Assembly: GCA_963841435.1 (NCBI GenBank)
Contig: CAWJCS010000006.1
Span: 1,152,001-1,216,000 of the forward strand
Reading direction: 5' to 3'
Length of the DNA stretch: 64,000 nucleotides
From: an uncultured delta proteobacterium
GTDB taxonomy: Bacteria > Myxococcota_A > Polyangia > Polyangiales > Polyangiaceae
Shown: positions 40,071 through 50,388 of the stretch, in pieces
Layout: every line of letters begins with the position of its first letter
How positions within the stretch are numbered: the stretch's first letter is position 1
The notes under the pieces: generated by a model
The model's database searches: none
What the model was told of the DNA's origin: nothing
Seen by the model: only the letters and a program-made list of their open reading frames with translations
Position numbers and translations under genes: made by a program

Positions 40071-41018
40071 GTGGCCCTCAAGCGAGTCTGTCTCTTCAGC
40101 GGCAACGCAAATCTCGAGCTCGCGGCCGAGATCGCGCGTGTGCTCGATACGCCACTCGGCGAGGCGCGCGTCACGCGTTTCAGTGACGCCGAGACGTTCT
40201 GCGAGATCCGCGAGAACGTGCGCGGGCTCGACACGTACATCGTGCAGCCGACCTCGTCCCCCGTGAACGACAACCTGATGGAGCTGCTCATCATGTGCGA
40301 CGCCCTGCGGCGTGCCTCGGCGGCGGCCATCACGGCGGTGATCCCCTACTACGGCTACGCACGCCAGGACCGCAAGGTCGCTCCCCGTACGCCGATCACG
40401 TCCAAGCTCGTCGCGGATCTGCTGGTTGCCGCCGGCATCTCGCGCGTGGTGTGCGTGGACCTGCACGCGGGGCAAATCCAGGGATTTTTCAACATCCCCT
40501 TCGACCACCTCTACGCGCTACCCGTCTTCCTCGACGACTACTTGAAGGTGAAGTTCGACAGGGAAGCGGTGTTCATCTCGCCCGACGCCGGCGGCGTGGA
40601 ACGGACGCGCGCGTACTCCAAGCGGCTCGACGCCTCACTCGCGATCGTCGACAAGCGTCGCGAGCGCGCGAACGTGAGCGAGGTGATGCATCTCATCGGC
40701 GACGTCAAGGGTCGCGACTGCATCATCGTCGACGACATCATCGACACGGCCGGCACGCTCTGCAACGCGGCGCGCGCCGTCATGAACAACGGCGCTCGTA
40801 GCGTCGTGGCTTGCGCCACGCACGGCGTCCTCAGCGGTCCCGCCGTACAGCGCATCGAGGACTCGCCGCTCTCCGAGGTCGTGGTGTCGAATTCGGTTCC
40901 GCTCTCGGAGCGCGCCAAGGCCTGCAAGAAGATCCGTACCATTTCGATCGCACGCCTCCTTGGCGAAGCGATTCGACGCATTCACAACAGCGACTCGGTC
41001 TCGTCGCTGTTCGTCTAG
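40071..41018 (+). CDS. prs: Ribose-phosphate pyrophosphokinase
   Basis: [38 protein letters not shown]. Confidence 0.97.
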   Translation: MALKRVCLFSGNANLELAAEIARVLDTPLGEARVTRFSDAETFCEIRENVRGLDTYIVQPTSSPVNDNLMELLIMCDALRRASAAAITAVIPYYGYARQDRKVAPRTPITSKLVADLLVAAGISRVVCVDLHAGQIQGFFNIPFDHLYALPVFLDDYLKVKFDREAVFISPDAGGVERTRAYSKRLDASLAIVDKRRERANVSEVMHLIGDVKGRDCIIVDDIIDTAGTLCNAARAVMNNGARSVVACATHGVLSGPAVQRIEDSPLSEVVVSNSVPLSERAKACKKIRTISIARLLGEAIRRIHNSDSVSSLFV

Positions 41019-41030
41019 AGGAAGAACACG

Positions 41031-41720
41031 ATGGAACTCAGAAAAGTCAGCGCGACGCCTCGGGTGGGCATGGGTAAGAGCGAAAGCGGGCGTTTGCGGC
41101 GCACGGGGCAGATCCCGGCGGTGGCCTATGGTCGCGGGCAAGCCGCGCGTTCGCTCAGCGTCTCGCCGGCGGATCTCGCGGGCGTGCTCGGGAGCGCTCA
41201 CGGCAAGAACACGGTCATCGAGCTCAGCGTGGGCCAGAGCGAGAAGCTCACGGTGCTGCTGCGCGAGTATCAGCACCACCCGGTTTCGCGCGCCTTCCTG
41301 CACGCCGATTTCGTCCAGATCGCCCTCGACCAGCCCGTCGACGTCGAGGTGCCGCTCGAGACGACCGGCAAGCCGGTCGGCGTCGTGAAGGGTGGCGTCC
41401 TGCGCCAGGTGTTTCGCAAGATCCCGGTGCGCTGCCTGCCGAGCCTGATTCCCGTCAACGTCGTTCACGACGTGACGGCGCTCGACCTCGATGGACACGT
41501 CGCTGCCAAGGATCTCGGGCTCCCCGAGGGCGTGAGCGTGCGTCTGCCCCCCGCGCAGACCGTGATCGCCGTCGTCACCGAGAAGCAGGCTCCGGACGAG
41601 GCCGAGGAAGAGGCCAAGGCTGCCGCGGCGGGCGCGGCGACTGCGGCGGCGGCGGCTGCTGCCGCTCCGGCCGATAAGGCCGCCGAGAAGGCCCCGGAGA
41701 AGAAGTCCGAGAAGAAGTAG
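41031..41720 (+). CDS. rplY: 50S ribosomal protein L25/general stress protein Ctc
   Basis: GRLRRTGQIPAVAYG, QHHPV...LHADF, GVVKGG; Ala/Lys-rich tail. Confidence 0.95.
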   Translation: MELRKVSATPRVGMGKSESGRLRRTGQIPAVAYGRGQAARSLSVSPADLAGVLGSAHGKNTVIELSVGQSEKLTVLLREYQHHPVSRAFLHADFVQIALDQPVDVEVPLETTGKPVGVVKGGVLRQVFRKIPVRCLPSLIPVNVVHDVTALDLDGHVAAKDLGLPEGVSVRLPPAQTVIAVVTEKQAPDEAEEEAKAAAAGAATAAAAAAAAPADKAAEKAPEKKSEKK

Positions 41721-41722
41721 AC

Positions 41723-42298
41723 GTGCTCGTCGTGGGGCTCGGCAACCCCGGAGCGGAGTACGCCGCGACCCGGCACAACGTGGGCTTCGTCGTCGTGGAC
41801 GAGCTCGCGTCCCGGGCCGGTGGGCCGCCCTTCAGGAAGAAGTTCCACGGTGAGCTAGCCGAGGCGAGGGGCGTGGCGGCGCTCACCCTCCTCAAGCCCA
41901 TGACGTACATGAACGACTCGGGGCGCAGCGTCGGAGCGGCGGTCGCGTTCTTCAAAATCCCGCTTTCCGAGGTCATCGTGGTCCACGACGAGATTGATCT
42001 GCCTTTCGGGGAAATCCGACTCAAATCGGGCGGTGGGGACGCTGGGCACCGTGGCGTGCGCTCGCTCGTCGCCCACCTGCGCAGCCCCGATTTCGTGCGG
42101 GTGAGGGTGGGGGTGGGGCGGCCCCCGCCGGGATTTCGCGGTAGCGCCGCAGATTTCGTGCTAGAGGGCTTCGCGCCCGCGGAACGGGCGGAGCTCGGAC
42201 CTCTGGTCACGCGCGCCGCTGACGCCGCGGAGCTCATCGCGATCCGCGGGCTCGCGGCGGCGATGAACGAGATCCACCGCTCGAAGCTTCCGAGCTGA
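41723..42298 (+). CDS. pth: Peptidyl-tRNA hydrolase
   Basis: VGLGNPG..YAATRHNVGF, KPMTYMNDSG, VVHDEIDL, GHRG. Confidence 0.96.
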   Translation: MLVVGLGNPGAEYAATRHNVGFVVVDELASRAGGPPFRKKFHGELAEARGVAALTLLKPMTYMNDSGRSVGAAVAFFKIPLSEVIVVHDEIDLPFGEIRLKSGGGDAGHRGVRSLVAHLRSPDFVRVRVGVGRPPPGFRGSAADFVLEGFAPAERAELGPLVTRAADAAELIAIRGLAAAMNEIHRSKLPS

Positions 42299-42304
42299 CG
42301 GCGC

Positions 42305-42360
42305 TGGCTCCTTGCTCCCGGGAATTGTCCCGGGGGCCGCAAGTCCAGAAGGAGATTGTC
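42305..42360 (+). promoter_or_regulatory. S6:S18 ribosomal protein leader RNA (autoregulatory)
   Basis: CTCCTTGC-[TCCCGGGA ATTG TCCCGGGG hairpin]-GCCGCAAGTCCAGAAGGAG: the 5' CUCCUU can pair with the SD AAGGAG and a CCG follows the inner stem, as in known rpsF leaders. Confidence 0.78.
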
Positions 42361-42903
42361 ATGAGCGAGACCACCCCGGCAAAAAGCCGCCTCCGAGAAT
42401 ACGAAACGATCTACATCCTGCGGCCCGACGTGACGCGCGACGCCCAGGAGCGCGTCGCCGCCCGCATGAACGAGGTGCTCGGCCGCGAGCAGGGGCGCCT
42501 CACCGCGATCGAGAACTGGGGGCGGCGCCAGCTCGCCTACCCCGTGGCCAAGCAGAAGCGCGGCGTTTACGTGTACCTGCGCTACCTCGGTGGTGGCGGT
42601 CTCGTGAGCGAGATCGAGCGCAACCTCAGGGTGCTCGACGAGGTCGTGAAGTTTCAGACCATCCAGATCAAGCTGGACGTCGACGCCGACGCGGTCACGG
42701 TCAACCCTGACGACGTGAAATTCGAGGCGGTCGAGCCGCCCCAGCCGGGCGAAGAGGAGGGCGAGCGCATCGAGCAGATCCTCGGCTTCGAGCGCGGTCC
42801 GGAGCGAGCGCGCTCCGAAGACGGCTACGGTGACGAGGAGGGCGACTTCAACGCTGAGGAGCCGCAGGGCGAGAACGCAGGCGCCAAGGAAGGTGGACGA
42901 TGA
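42361..42903 (+). CDS. rpsF: 30S ribosomal protein S6 with acidic C-terminal extension
   Basis: [22 protein letters not shown]. Confidence 0.96.
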   Translation: MSETTPAKSRLREYETIYILRPDVTRDAQERVAARMNEVLGREQGRLTAIENWGRRQLAYPVAKQKRGVYVYLRYLGGGGLVSEIERNLRVLDEVVKFQTIQIKLDVDADAVTVNPDDVKFEAVEPPQPGEEEGERIEQILGFERGPERARSEDGYGDEEGDFNAEEPQGENAGAKEGGR

Positions 42904-43166
42904 AAGACGCACCCAAGGACCGAGCGGACAAGGAGCCGGCGGGGTTCCGGCGCACGGGTCGCCGCCGCGGCTGCACGTTCTGCGCCGACGACGCTCCGCC
43001 CATCGAATACAAGGATCCGCAGTCTCTGCGCTACTTCGTGAGCGAGCGCGGCAAGATCGTGCCGCGTCGCATTTCGGGCGCTTGCGCCAAGCACCAGCGA
43101 GCGATTCAGCTCGCCGTGAAGCTTTCGCGCAACATTGCGCTCTTGCCCTTCACCTCCAACGATTGA
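42900..43166 (+). CDS. rpsR: 30S ribosomal protein S18 (Zn-binding C+ form)
   Basis: [29 protein letters not shown]. Confidence 0.97.
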   Translation: MKDAPKDRADKEPAGFRRTGRRRGCTFCADDAPPIEYKDPQSLRYFVSERGKIVPRRISGACAKHQRAIQLAVKLSRNIALLPFTSND

Positions 43167-43173
43167 GCGCCCC

Positions 43174-43632
43174 ATGGCAAGCACCGTGAAAGTGTTGCTG
43201 AAGAAGAACGTCGACAACCTCGGCGCCGGCGGTGAGGTCGTGAAAGTGCGGCCTGGTTTCGCGAGGAACTATCTGTTGCCCCACGGGTTCGCCGTGCCGG
43301 CAACCGCGGGGAACCTCGCCCGGGTCGAGGACCTGAAGCGCCTCGCGGCCCAGCAGACCGAGCAGGAGCTCGCGCAGGCCAAGGAGATCGGGGTTCGCCT
43401 CGGGGCCATGAGCGTGCAGATCGAACGCGCATCCGGTGAGGAAGACCGGATGTGGGGCTCGGTCACGGCGAAGGACATCGAAGAAGCGTTCGCGCGCATC
43501 GGCGTCGAGATCGACCGAAAGCGCATCCACCTTCCCGAGCCGATCAAGGAGTTCGGCCCCGTCGAGGTGTCGATCCGCTTGCACACCGCCGTGCAGGGAG
43601 CGCTCAAGGTCGAGATCGTAAAAAAGAAGTAG
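43174..43632 (+). CDS. rplI: 50S ribosomal protein L9
   Basis: KVLLKKNVDNLG, VRPGFARNYLLP, WGSVTAKDI. Confidence 0.97.
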   Translation: MASTVKVLLKKNVDNLGAGGEVVKVRPGFARNYLLPHGFAVPATAGNLARVEDLKRLAAQQTEQELAQAKEIGVRLGAMSVQIERASGEEDRMWGSVTAKDIEEAFARIGVEIDRKRIHLPEPIKEFGPVEVSIRLHTAVQGALKVEIVKKK

Positions 43633-43963
43633 GCCTGAAGCACGCGCGAGGCGCGCCCGTCGCCTAACGGATCACGTCGATGCAGGCGAAGGTCGCCGTT
43701 GACAGGTTCTAAAGAGTTGGGCTAAAAGCCCAGGCTTCACTCGAGCGTGGCTTTCGCGCGACGAGTCACGAACGCCCCGGTGGTGCGCATGTGCCCCCGG
43801 GGCGTCGCTCATTTGGACCCCTGGGGACATCCTATGCACTCCATCTTGGCAACCACGGGATGCGCGCCGAGGCTGAAAATGGGGCGGCCCCGCGTGGGAC
43901 GCCGCGATCGGACATTGCCTTACCGCGCTCGATGGAGCGCGGGCGCTACGGTGAGGTCGGGCC

Positions 43964-45466
43964 ATGACGACCGCCCTCGACATCCCGCAGCAGGCTTCCG
44001 GTGGTGGCCGTGTGCCGCCCAACGAGCTCGACGCGGAGGCCGCGGTGCTCAGCGCCGTGCTGCTCGACGCCGATGCGTTCGATCGCGTGCAGGAGGTGCT
44101 CGCGCCGGAGCATTTCTACGCCGACGCGAACCGTCGCATCTTCGAAGCGGTCGTCGAGCTGAAGGGCGCGGCCGGGCAGCCGGTTGACATCGTGTCGGTG
44201 GCAGCCTGGCTGCGGGACCGCAATCGCCTCGCGCAGGTGGGCGGCACGCCATACCTCGCGCAGCTCGCCGACGGGACGCCCGCCGTCGCGCACGTGGAGC
44301 ACCACGCGAAGCTCATCCGTGAAAAGTGGCGGCTACGCCAGCTCATCGCGACGTGCCAGCGCTGCGTGGCGGAGGGGTACACGGGCTGCGAGGACGTGCA
44401 GGCCTTCATCGACTCGGCCGAGCAGGCCGTCTTCGACATCGCGCGAGTGCCCTCCGCCTCGAGCGTCGTCACGGCGAAGGACGCCATCCACAAGGCCTTC
44501 GACATCCTCACCGAAACGGCGCGTCGTGGCGGTGGCGTCACCGGCATCGAAACCGGTTTTCGGGAGCTCGACCGGCTCTGCTCGGGCATGCACCGCGGTG
44601 ATCTCTACGTCGTCGCGGCCCGCCCCGGCATGGGAAAGACCGCGTTCGTCCTCAACCTGGCCGTCAACGTCGCGAGCCCGCGCGGCGTACAGGCCCAAGG
44701 GGAGGGGGAGGCGTACTTCGAGCCAGCGGCCGAGCAGCCTGGGCACGGCGTGCTGTTTTGCTCGCTCGAGATGCCACGTGAGCAGCTCGCCGCGCGACTG
44801 CTCGCTTCCGAGGCGCGCGTCGACATGTCCGGCATCCGCAGCGGACGCCCGCAGCGCGAGGATTGGCCGAAGCTCACCGAAGCGGCTGCGCGACTCAGCC
44901 GATTACCACTGTGGATCGACGATACGCCCGCGCTCACCCTGCTCGACTTGCGCGCCAAGATCCGCCGTCTGCAGGCCGAGATCGCGCGCGGCGATTCGCA
45001 CGTGCCGGCGCAGGGGCTCGGACTCGTCGCGGTGGACTACCTGCAGCTCATGCAGGGCCGGCGCGACGCGCACAGCCGCGAGCAGGAGATCAGTGAGCTT
45101 TCCCGTGGGCTAAAACAGCTCGCCAAGGAGATGAGCGTGCCCGTGATCGCCCTGAGCCAGCTGAACCGCGCCGTCGAGACGCGCACCACGAAGGACAAGC
45201 GTCCTCAGCTGAGCGATCTGCGTGAAAGCGGCGCCATCGAGCAGGACGCCGACACGATCCTGTTCATCTATCGTGATTTTTACTACTTCAAGGACAACAC
45301 CGATCGCCGCAGCGTCGCCGAGATCATCGTGGCCAAGCAGCGCAACGGCCCCACGGGAACCTTCGAAACGCGCTACACCGACACGTACACACGCTTCGAC
45401 AACCTCGCGAACGAAGAATACGACTTCGACGAAGCAGACCGGTTCGCCGACCCGGGCCTGGGCTAG
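43964..45466 (+). CDS. dnaB: Replicative DNA helicase
   Basis: AARPGMGKT, SLEM, VDYLQLM, LSQLNR, DLRESGAIEQDAD, KQRNGPTG; no intein seen. Confidence 0.97.
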   Translation: MTTALDIPQQASGGGRVPPNELDAEAAVLSAVLLDADAFDRVQEVLAPEHFYADANRRIFEAVVELKGAAGQPVDIVSVAAWLRDRNRLAQVGGTPYLAQLADGTPAVAHVEHHAKLIREKWRLRQLIATCQRCVAEGYTGCEDVQAFIDSAEQAVFDIARVPSASSVVTAKDAIHKAFDILTETARRGGGVTGIETGFRELDRLCSGMHRGDLYVVAARPGMGKTAFVLNLAVNVASPRGVQAQGEGEAYFEPAAEQPGHGVLFCSLEMPREQLAARLLASEARVDMSGIRSGRPQREDWPKLTEAAARLSRLPLWIDDTPALTLLDLRAKIRRLQAEIARGDSHVPAQGLGLVAVDYLQLMQGRRDAHSREQEISELSRGLKQLAKEMSVPVIALSQLNRAVETRTTKDKRPQLSDLRESGAIEQDADTILFIYRDFYYFKDNTDRRSVAEIIVAKQRNGPTGTFETRYTDTYTRFDNLANEEYDFDEADRFADPGLG

Positions 45467-45522
45467 TCAGTCGCCGCGCCAAACGAAGCACCCGGCGGAA
45501 CGGGCGCCCGCCCGGGTCACGC

Positions 45523-46554
<1,032 letters not shown>

Positions 46555-47196
46555 CTACTGGCGCGGTGGCTTGAGGGGCAGGTGCCCGCGTCCCGGACCC
46601 GTCGGCTTGCGAGGCATCGGTTTCCTCGCAGCCTCTAGCACATCGAACGCGGCCAGCACGGCGTCGAGGCCGTAGGCACGTGCGCCCGCTTCGTTGAAGA
46701 CTTCCGGGACCCTGGAAAGCTTCAGAGCGACGCTCTTGCTGATGTCAACCTCGCGCTCGACGAAGGCCTCGAACGTCGCGTAGCCCTTGGCGTCGAACAG
46801 CCGAAAGTCCGCGATCTGCTTGAGGGTGCGACCGAGCTCGAAGAAGTTTTCCCCGAGATTCTTGCGCAGCGTTCGGACGCGGCCGAGCGCCGTGTGAAGC
46901 TCGCCGACGCGCGCCTTGATGTGCTCGGCGTGGTCCGGCGTGCGCAGCGTGGCGCGGGCGCTGCCGGGACGCGGCGGGTCGCGCAGGCGGGCAGCCGCCT
47001 CGGCCGCTCGGCGCTCGGCGTGGCGAGCCGCCCAGGGGGCCGCACCGCGGGCACCGAGCCGTCGCGGCGTCGCCACGGGGGCCGCGGGCACGGGCAATGT
47101 GTCGAGAACGGGCCGGACCGAGCTGCGGGCCGAAGCCGGCGGCTTGGACGGCCGGTGATCCGGTCTCGGCTTGGCCTTCGGTTTCGTCTTTCCCAT
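46555..47196 (-). CDS. Basic hypothetical protein with DUF3102-like segment
   Basis: Start MGKTKPK; ENFFELGRTLKQI...GYATFEAFVEREVDISKSVALKL resembles DUF3102-type helical motifs. Confidence 0.6.
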   Translation of the reverse strand: MGKTKPKAKPRPDHRPSKPPASARSSVRPVLDTLPVPAAPVATPRRLGARGAAPWAARHAERRAAEAAARLRDPPRPGSARATLRTPDHAEHIKARVGELHTALGRVRTLRKNLGENFFELGRTLKQIADFRLFDAKGYATFEAFVEREVDISKSVALKLSRVPEVFNEAGARAYGLDAVLAAFDVLEAARKPMPRKPTGPGRGHLPLKPPRQ

Positions 47197-47290
47197 GTCC
47201 GCGCTCGCCCCCACACCCGGGGGATTCGAAGCTGGTCCCTGCCGGGACCCTATACTACCGGTGAGCCCGCGTGAAAAATAGGCATCCACA

Positions 47291-48382
47291 ATGAGCGAGC
47301 CGCTCCCCCGCTCAAGCCCCCTCGCGACGGGGCCCGATGGCCAACCGCTCAGGCGCGTCGCCGTCGTCGTCAACGGCAGGGCGAAGAACGTCACGAGCGA
47401 GGTGATCTCCACCCTGGACCGGATCCTCGAGGGCTCCGATCTGTTCGTGTCCCGTCGCATCGAGGACGCGCGCGAGATCGCCCGCACGCTCGTCGTGCGG
47501 GGCTACGACACCGTCCTCACGGGCGGCGGAGACGGCACGTTCACCGTCATGGTTACCGAAGTGGTTCGCGAGGCGCGCCGGCGCGGGGCGACTCTCCCGC
47601 GCTTCGGCTTGCTGAAGCTCGGCACCGGTAACGCACTCGCCTGGGTCGTCGGTGCGCGCGGCATCGACGGTGAGGAAGTGGGGGCCGACATCCGCCGACT
47701 CGGCGAGGAGGCGGGTAGCCGGCCCATGCGGCTCATCGAGGTCGAGGGGATCATCACGCCCTTTTGCGGCTTCGGGGCTGACGCGAGGATGCTCAACGAC
47801 TACGGCAGCGTGAAGTCGAAGCTCGGCCAGACGCCGCTCCGCAGGGTGGCCGCCGGCATCCCCGGCTACGCGCTCGCCGCGCTCACGCGCACGCTGCCGC
47901 ACATCGCGTTTTCGCGCATGGTCCGCTGCCGCGCCATCAACCGAGGTGGCGAAGCCTATCGCGTCGGCACGCACGGCAGCGTCGCGGGCCGTCCTCTGCC
48001 ACACGGCGAGGTGCTCTACGAGGGACCGATGCGGCTCGCAGCGCTTTCGACCATCCCGTACTATGGCTACGGCCTTCGGATGTTCCCGTACGCCGAGGAT
48101 CGCCCGCATCGCATGCAGCTCAGGATTACGAACATTTCGCCGCCGGAGTTCGTGCGACACCTGAGCGGGATCTGGAAGGGTGACTACGAGAACCCAAAGG
48201 TGTTGTTCGACTTTCTCGTAGACAAAGTGGAGCTCGAATTCGACCCCCCCGCACCCTTTCACGTGGGTGGCGATCCGCGCGGCGAGCGGGTGCGCGTCGA
48301 CGTGGAGCTCTGCCCGACGCCGATCGAGCTGGTCGATTTCTACGCGCCGCCGCGCTCGGAGACGCCGAGTGCGCGGCCCTGA
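47291..48382 (+). CDS. Diacylglycerol/lipid kinase family protein
   Basis: VVVNGRA, GGGDGT, LGTGNA, GFGADA, YYGYG, HVGGD. Confidence 0.88.
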   Translation: MSEPLPRSSPLATGPDGQPLRRVAVVVNGRAKNVTSEVISTLDRILEGSDLFVSRRIEDAREIARTLVVRGYDTVLTGGGDGTFTVMVTEVVREARRRGATLPRFGLLKLGTGNALAWVVGARGIDGEEVGADIRRLGEEAGSRPMRLIEVEGIITPFCGFGADARMLNDYGSVKSKLGQTPLRRVAAGIPGYALAALTRTLPHIAFSRMVRCRAINRGGEAYRVGTHGSVAGRPLPHGEVLYEGPMRLAALSTIPYYGYGLRMFPYAEDRPHRMQLRITNISPPEFVRHLSGIWKGDYENPKVLFDFLVDKVELEFDPPAPFHVGGDPRGERVRVDVELCPTPIELVDFYAPPRSETPSARP

Positions 48383-48812
48383 GCCTCCGCCGAGAACGTC
48401 GCGGTTTCGCCCAGCCGTTTCGTGGCTCAGCGGCGCCTGCGCCCTGCTCGTCGCGGTCGCGGCGTCGAGCGCGTCCAGGGAGCTGGAGGCGGGCATGGCG
48501 TGCGCGGTGGAGCCGGGCACCGGCCGGCTGCTGTGCACCGTCACGGTCGCGGCGCCCGGTCGCTCCCTCGTCTGGAGCGACGCGCTAGTCGTCGCGGCCC
48601 CCCCCGGAGCGGCGCCGCTCCGGGCTCGCGTCACGAGCGCGCGGGGCAGCCCTGGGCGCATCCTGATTGGCTTCGTCTTGTCAACTGGCGCCGGGGGCCG
48701 CATCGACGTGCTCGCGCGCGCCGTGACTTGCCCGAAGGCACCCGCGAAGGGAGCGTGCCGGCCGGTCTCGCGGCGCGTGGCGTACGACCTTCCCGAGCTA
48801 GGCGGCGGCTGA
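48369..48812 (+). CDS. Small secreted Cys-containing beta-sandwich protein
   Basis: Hydrophobic signal, two Cys pairs (CAVEPGTGRLLC, CPKAPAKGAC); start uncertain. Confidence 0.5.
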   Translation: MRGPEPPPRTSRFRPAVSWLSGACALLVAVAASSASRELEAGMACAVEPGTGRLLCTVTVAAPGRSLVWSDALVVAAPPGAAPLRARVTSARGSPGRILIGFVLSTGAGGRIDVLARAVTCPKAPAKGACRPVSRRVAYDLPELGGG

Positions 48813-48861
48813 GCGCCCCGTGAACTTGCCCTAAAACGCGCCCGTGGGCTAGCCCGAGGGC

Positions 48862-49578
48862 ATGAACCTGCCGGGTCAACTCAGGCGCACCACGCTCGGC
48901 GACATGCTCGGCGCGCTGCACCGAGAACGCGCGAGCGGCGTACTCGAGCTCGTCGAGGCTCATGGCATCACCGCGGGCCGGAGCCATCGCATCTACCTGA
49001 CCGCGGGCCTCGTCAACCGCGTGGACTCGCCGCTCACCGACGCGCCGCTCGGCGAGCTTTTGCTGCGCGAGGGTGTCATCGAGCGCGAGCAGCTGCGGCA
49101 GCTACTCTCGCTCATGGTCGAAGAGCCCGGGCGCCGCTCGGGCGAGCTCCTGAGTGACGCGCGGCTCGCGAGTGACGCCGTGGTGTCCGCGGCTCTCAAG
49201 GCCCAGCTGCGTGCCCGGCTCGAAGCGGCGTTCCGCCTCGACGACGCCGAGATCCGCTTTCACGTGCGGCGCCCTGCGCCCGCGGGGGGACCGAGCTCGC
49301 TCCTCGCCGTGCGTGACTTCCTGCACGGCCGCCGCCGCGCGCGAGAGGCCAACGGGCCGCGCAGTGGCACGGAGTCGGGCGCCGCGGCCGCACGCGAGGC
49401 GTACCGCCTGCTGGGGCTCGAGCCGGGCGCTTCGACCGACAGCGTGCGGCGGGCCTTCCGCAAGCTCGCGACCGAGCACCATCCGGACCGGCACCCCGAA
49501 GCCAGTAGCGAAGAGCTCGTTTCGCTCGTCCGGCGTTTTTCCCGAATCACCGCCGCGTACCACCGCCTGGGTGGGTGA
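48862..49578 (+). CDS. DUF4388-like domain plus C-terminal J-domain protein
   Basis: GQLRRTTLGDML..L..ERASGVL; AYRLLGL...VRRAFRKLA..HHPD...AY. Confidence 0.85.
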   Translation: MNLPGQLRRTTLGDMLGALHRERASGVLELVEAHGITAGRSHRIYLTAGLVNRVDSPLTDAPLGELLLREGVIEREQLRQLLSLMVEEPGRRSGELLSDARLASDAVVSAALKAQLRARLEAAFRLDDAEIRFHVRRPAPAGGPSSLLAVRDFLHGRRRAREANGPRSGTESGAAAAREAYRLLGLEPGASTDSVRRAFRKLATEHHPDRHPEASSEELVSLVRRFSRITAAYHRLGG

Positions 49579-49610
49579 CGTCGCACCCGCGTTGCACGGG
49601 CGCGAGCGGC

Positions 49611-50348
49611 TCAGCCGGCGTTGCGGTAGAGCGCGCGGCCGACGAAGAACGGACCCATCTGCGCGATGAACTCCGCGGTCTGGCGCGTGCTGCGCATCGC
49701 CTGCACCACGTGCGAGAGCGGGTGGAGCGCCTTGCCGATGAGCCCGATCAAGAACTCGTTGTCGTTCGTGTCGAGCCCGTGGCACGCGAGCCGCACGTCG
49801 TGTGCGAGGTCTGCGGCCCCGTAGCTCTTGCCGATGGTGCCGTGCTCGCGCAGGATGCCACCCTGCTCTCGGGGCTCGAGGCGCGCGAAGGCACCGTTGC
49901 GACGGAGTGGGTACCAGATGGCCCATGGCCAGGCTTCGTTGAGCACGGTTTGCTTCGGCCGCTCGATGAGCCAGTGCTCGAGATCGGGCTCGTAGCCCGT
50001 GGAGTAGCTGCGGCCGAGCATCGTGAACTCGGGGCGCAGCGTCGTGCCTTTGAGCGCGGCGACGGCCGGGCGTACGTGGACGACGAAATCGGCCGGATCC
50101 TCGCTGAACGTGAGCAGCCCGAGGCCCCAGGGATCGTTCACGTCTTCGTAGACGACGCCGCCGATGCGCGCGCGGGAGAGCGCGCCCGCGAGTCGCTTCG
50201 CGGCCTCGCCTGGACCCTCGGTTTGCTCCGTGCGAAGCACCAGAAGCTGCATGAACAGGCGCCGGTCGAGCACCTGCGGTTGTCCGTCGCGCTGGGCCCC
50301 GTGCTCGCGCACGTCTAGGGTGCCCTCCGTCGCATGGCCGGTAGACAT
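49611..50348 (-). CDS. Chlorite dismutase/coproheme decarboxylase (ChdC/HemQ) family heme protein
   Basis: WYPLRR, proximal EHG, HGLD..DNEF, MRST, GPFFVG. Confidence 0.8.
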   Translation of the reverse strand: MSTGHATEGTLDVREHGAQRDGQPQVLDRRLFMQLLVLRTEQTEGPGEAAKRLAGALSRARIGGVVYEDVNDPWGLGLLTFSEDPADFVVHVRPAVAALKGTTLRPEFTMLGRSYSTGYEPDLEHWLIERPKQTVLNEAWPWAIWYPLRRNGAFARLEPREQGGILREHGTIGKSYGAADLAHDVRLACHGLDTNDNEFLIGLIGKALHPLSHVVQAMRSTRQTAEFIAQMGPFFVGRALYRNAG

Positions 50349-50388
50349 GCCGTGAGCTTAGCGCATCTCGTGATAAGCTCCGCCGGCT

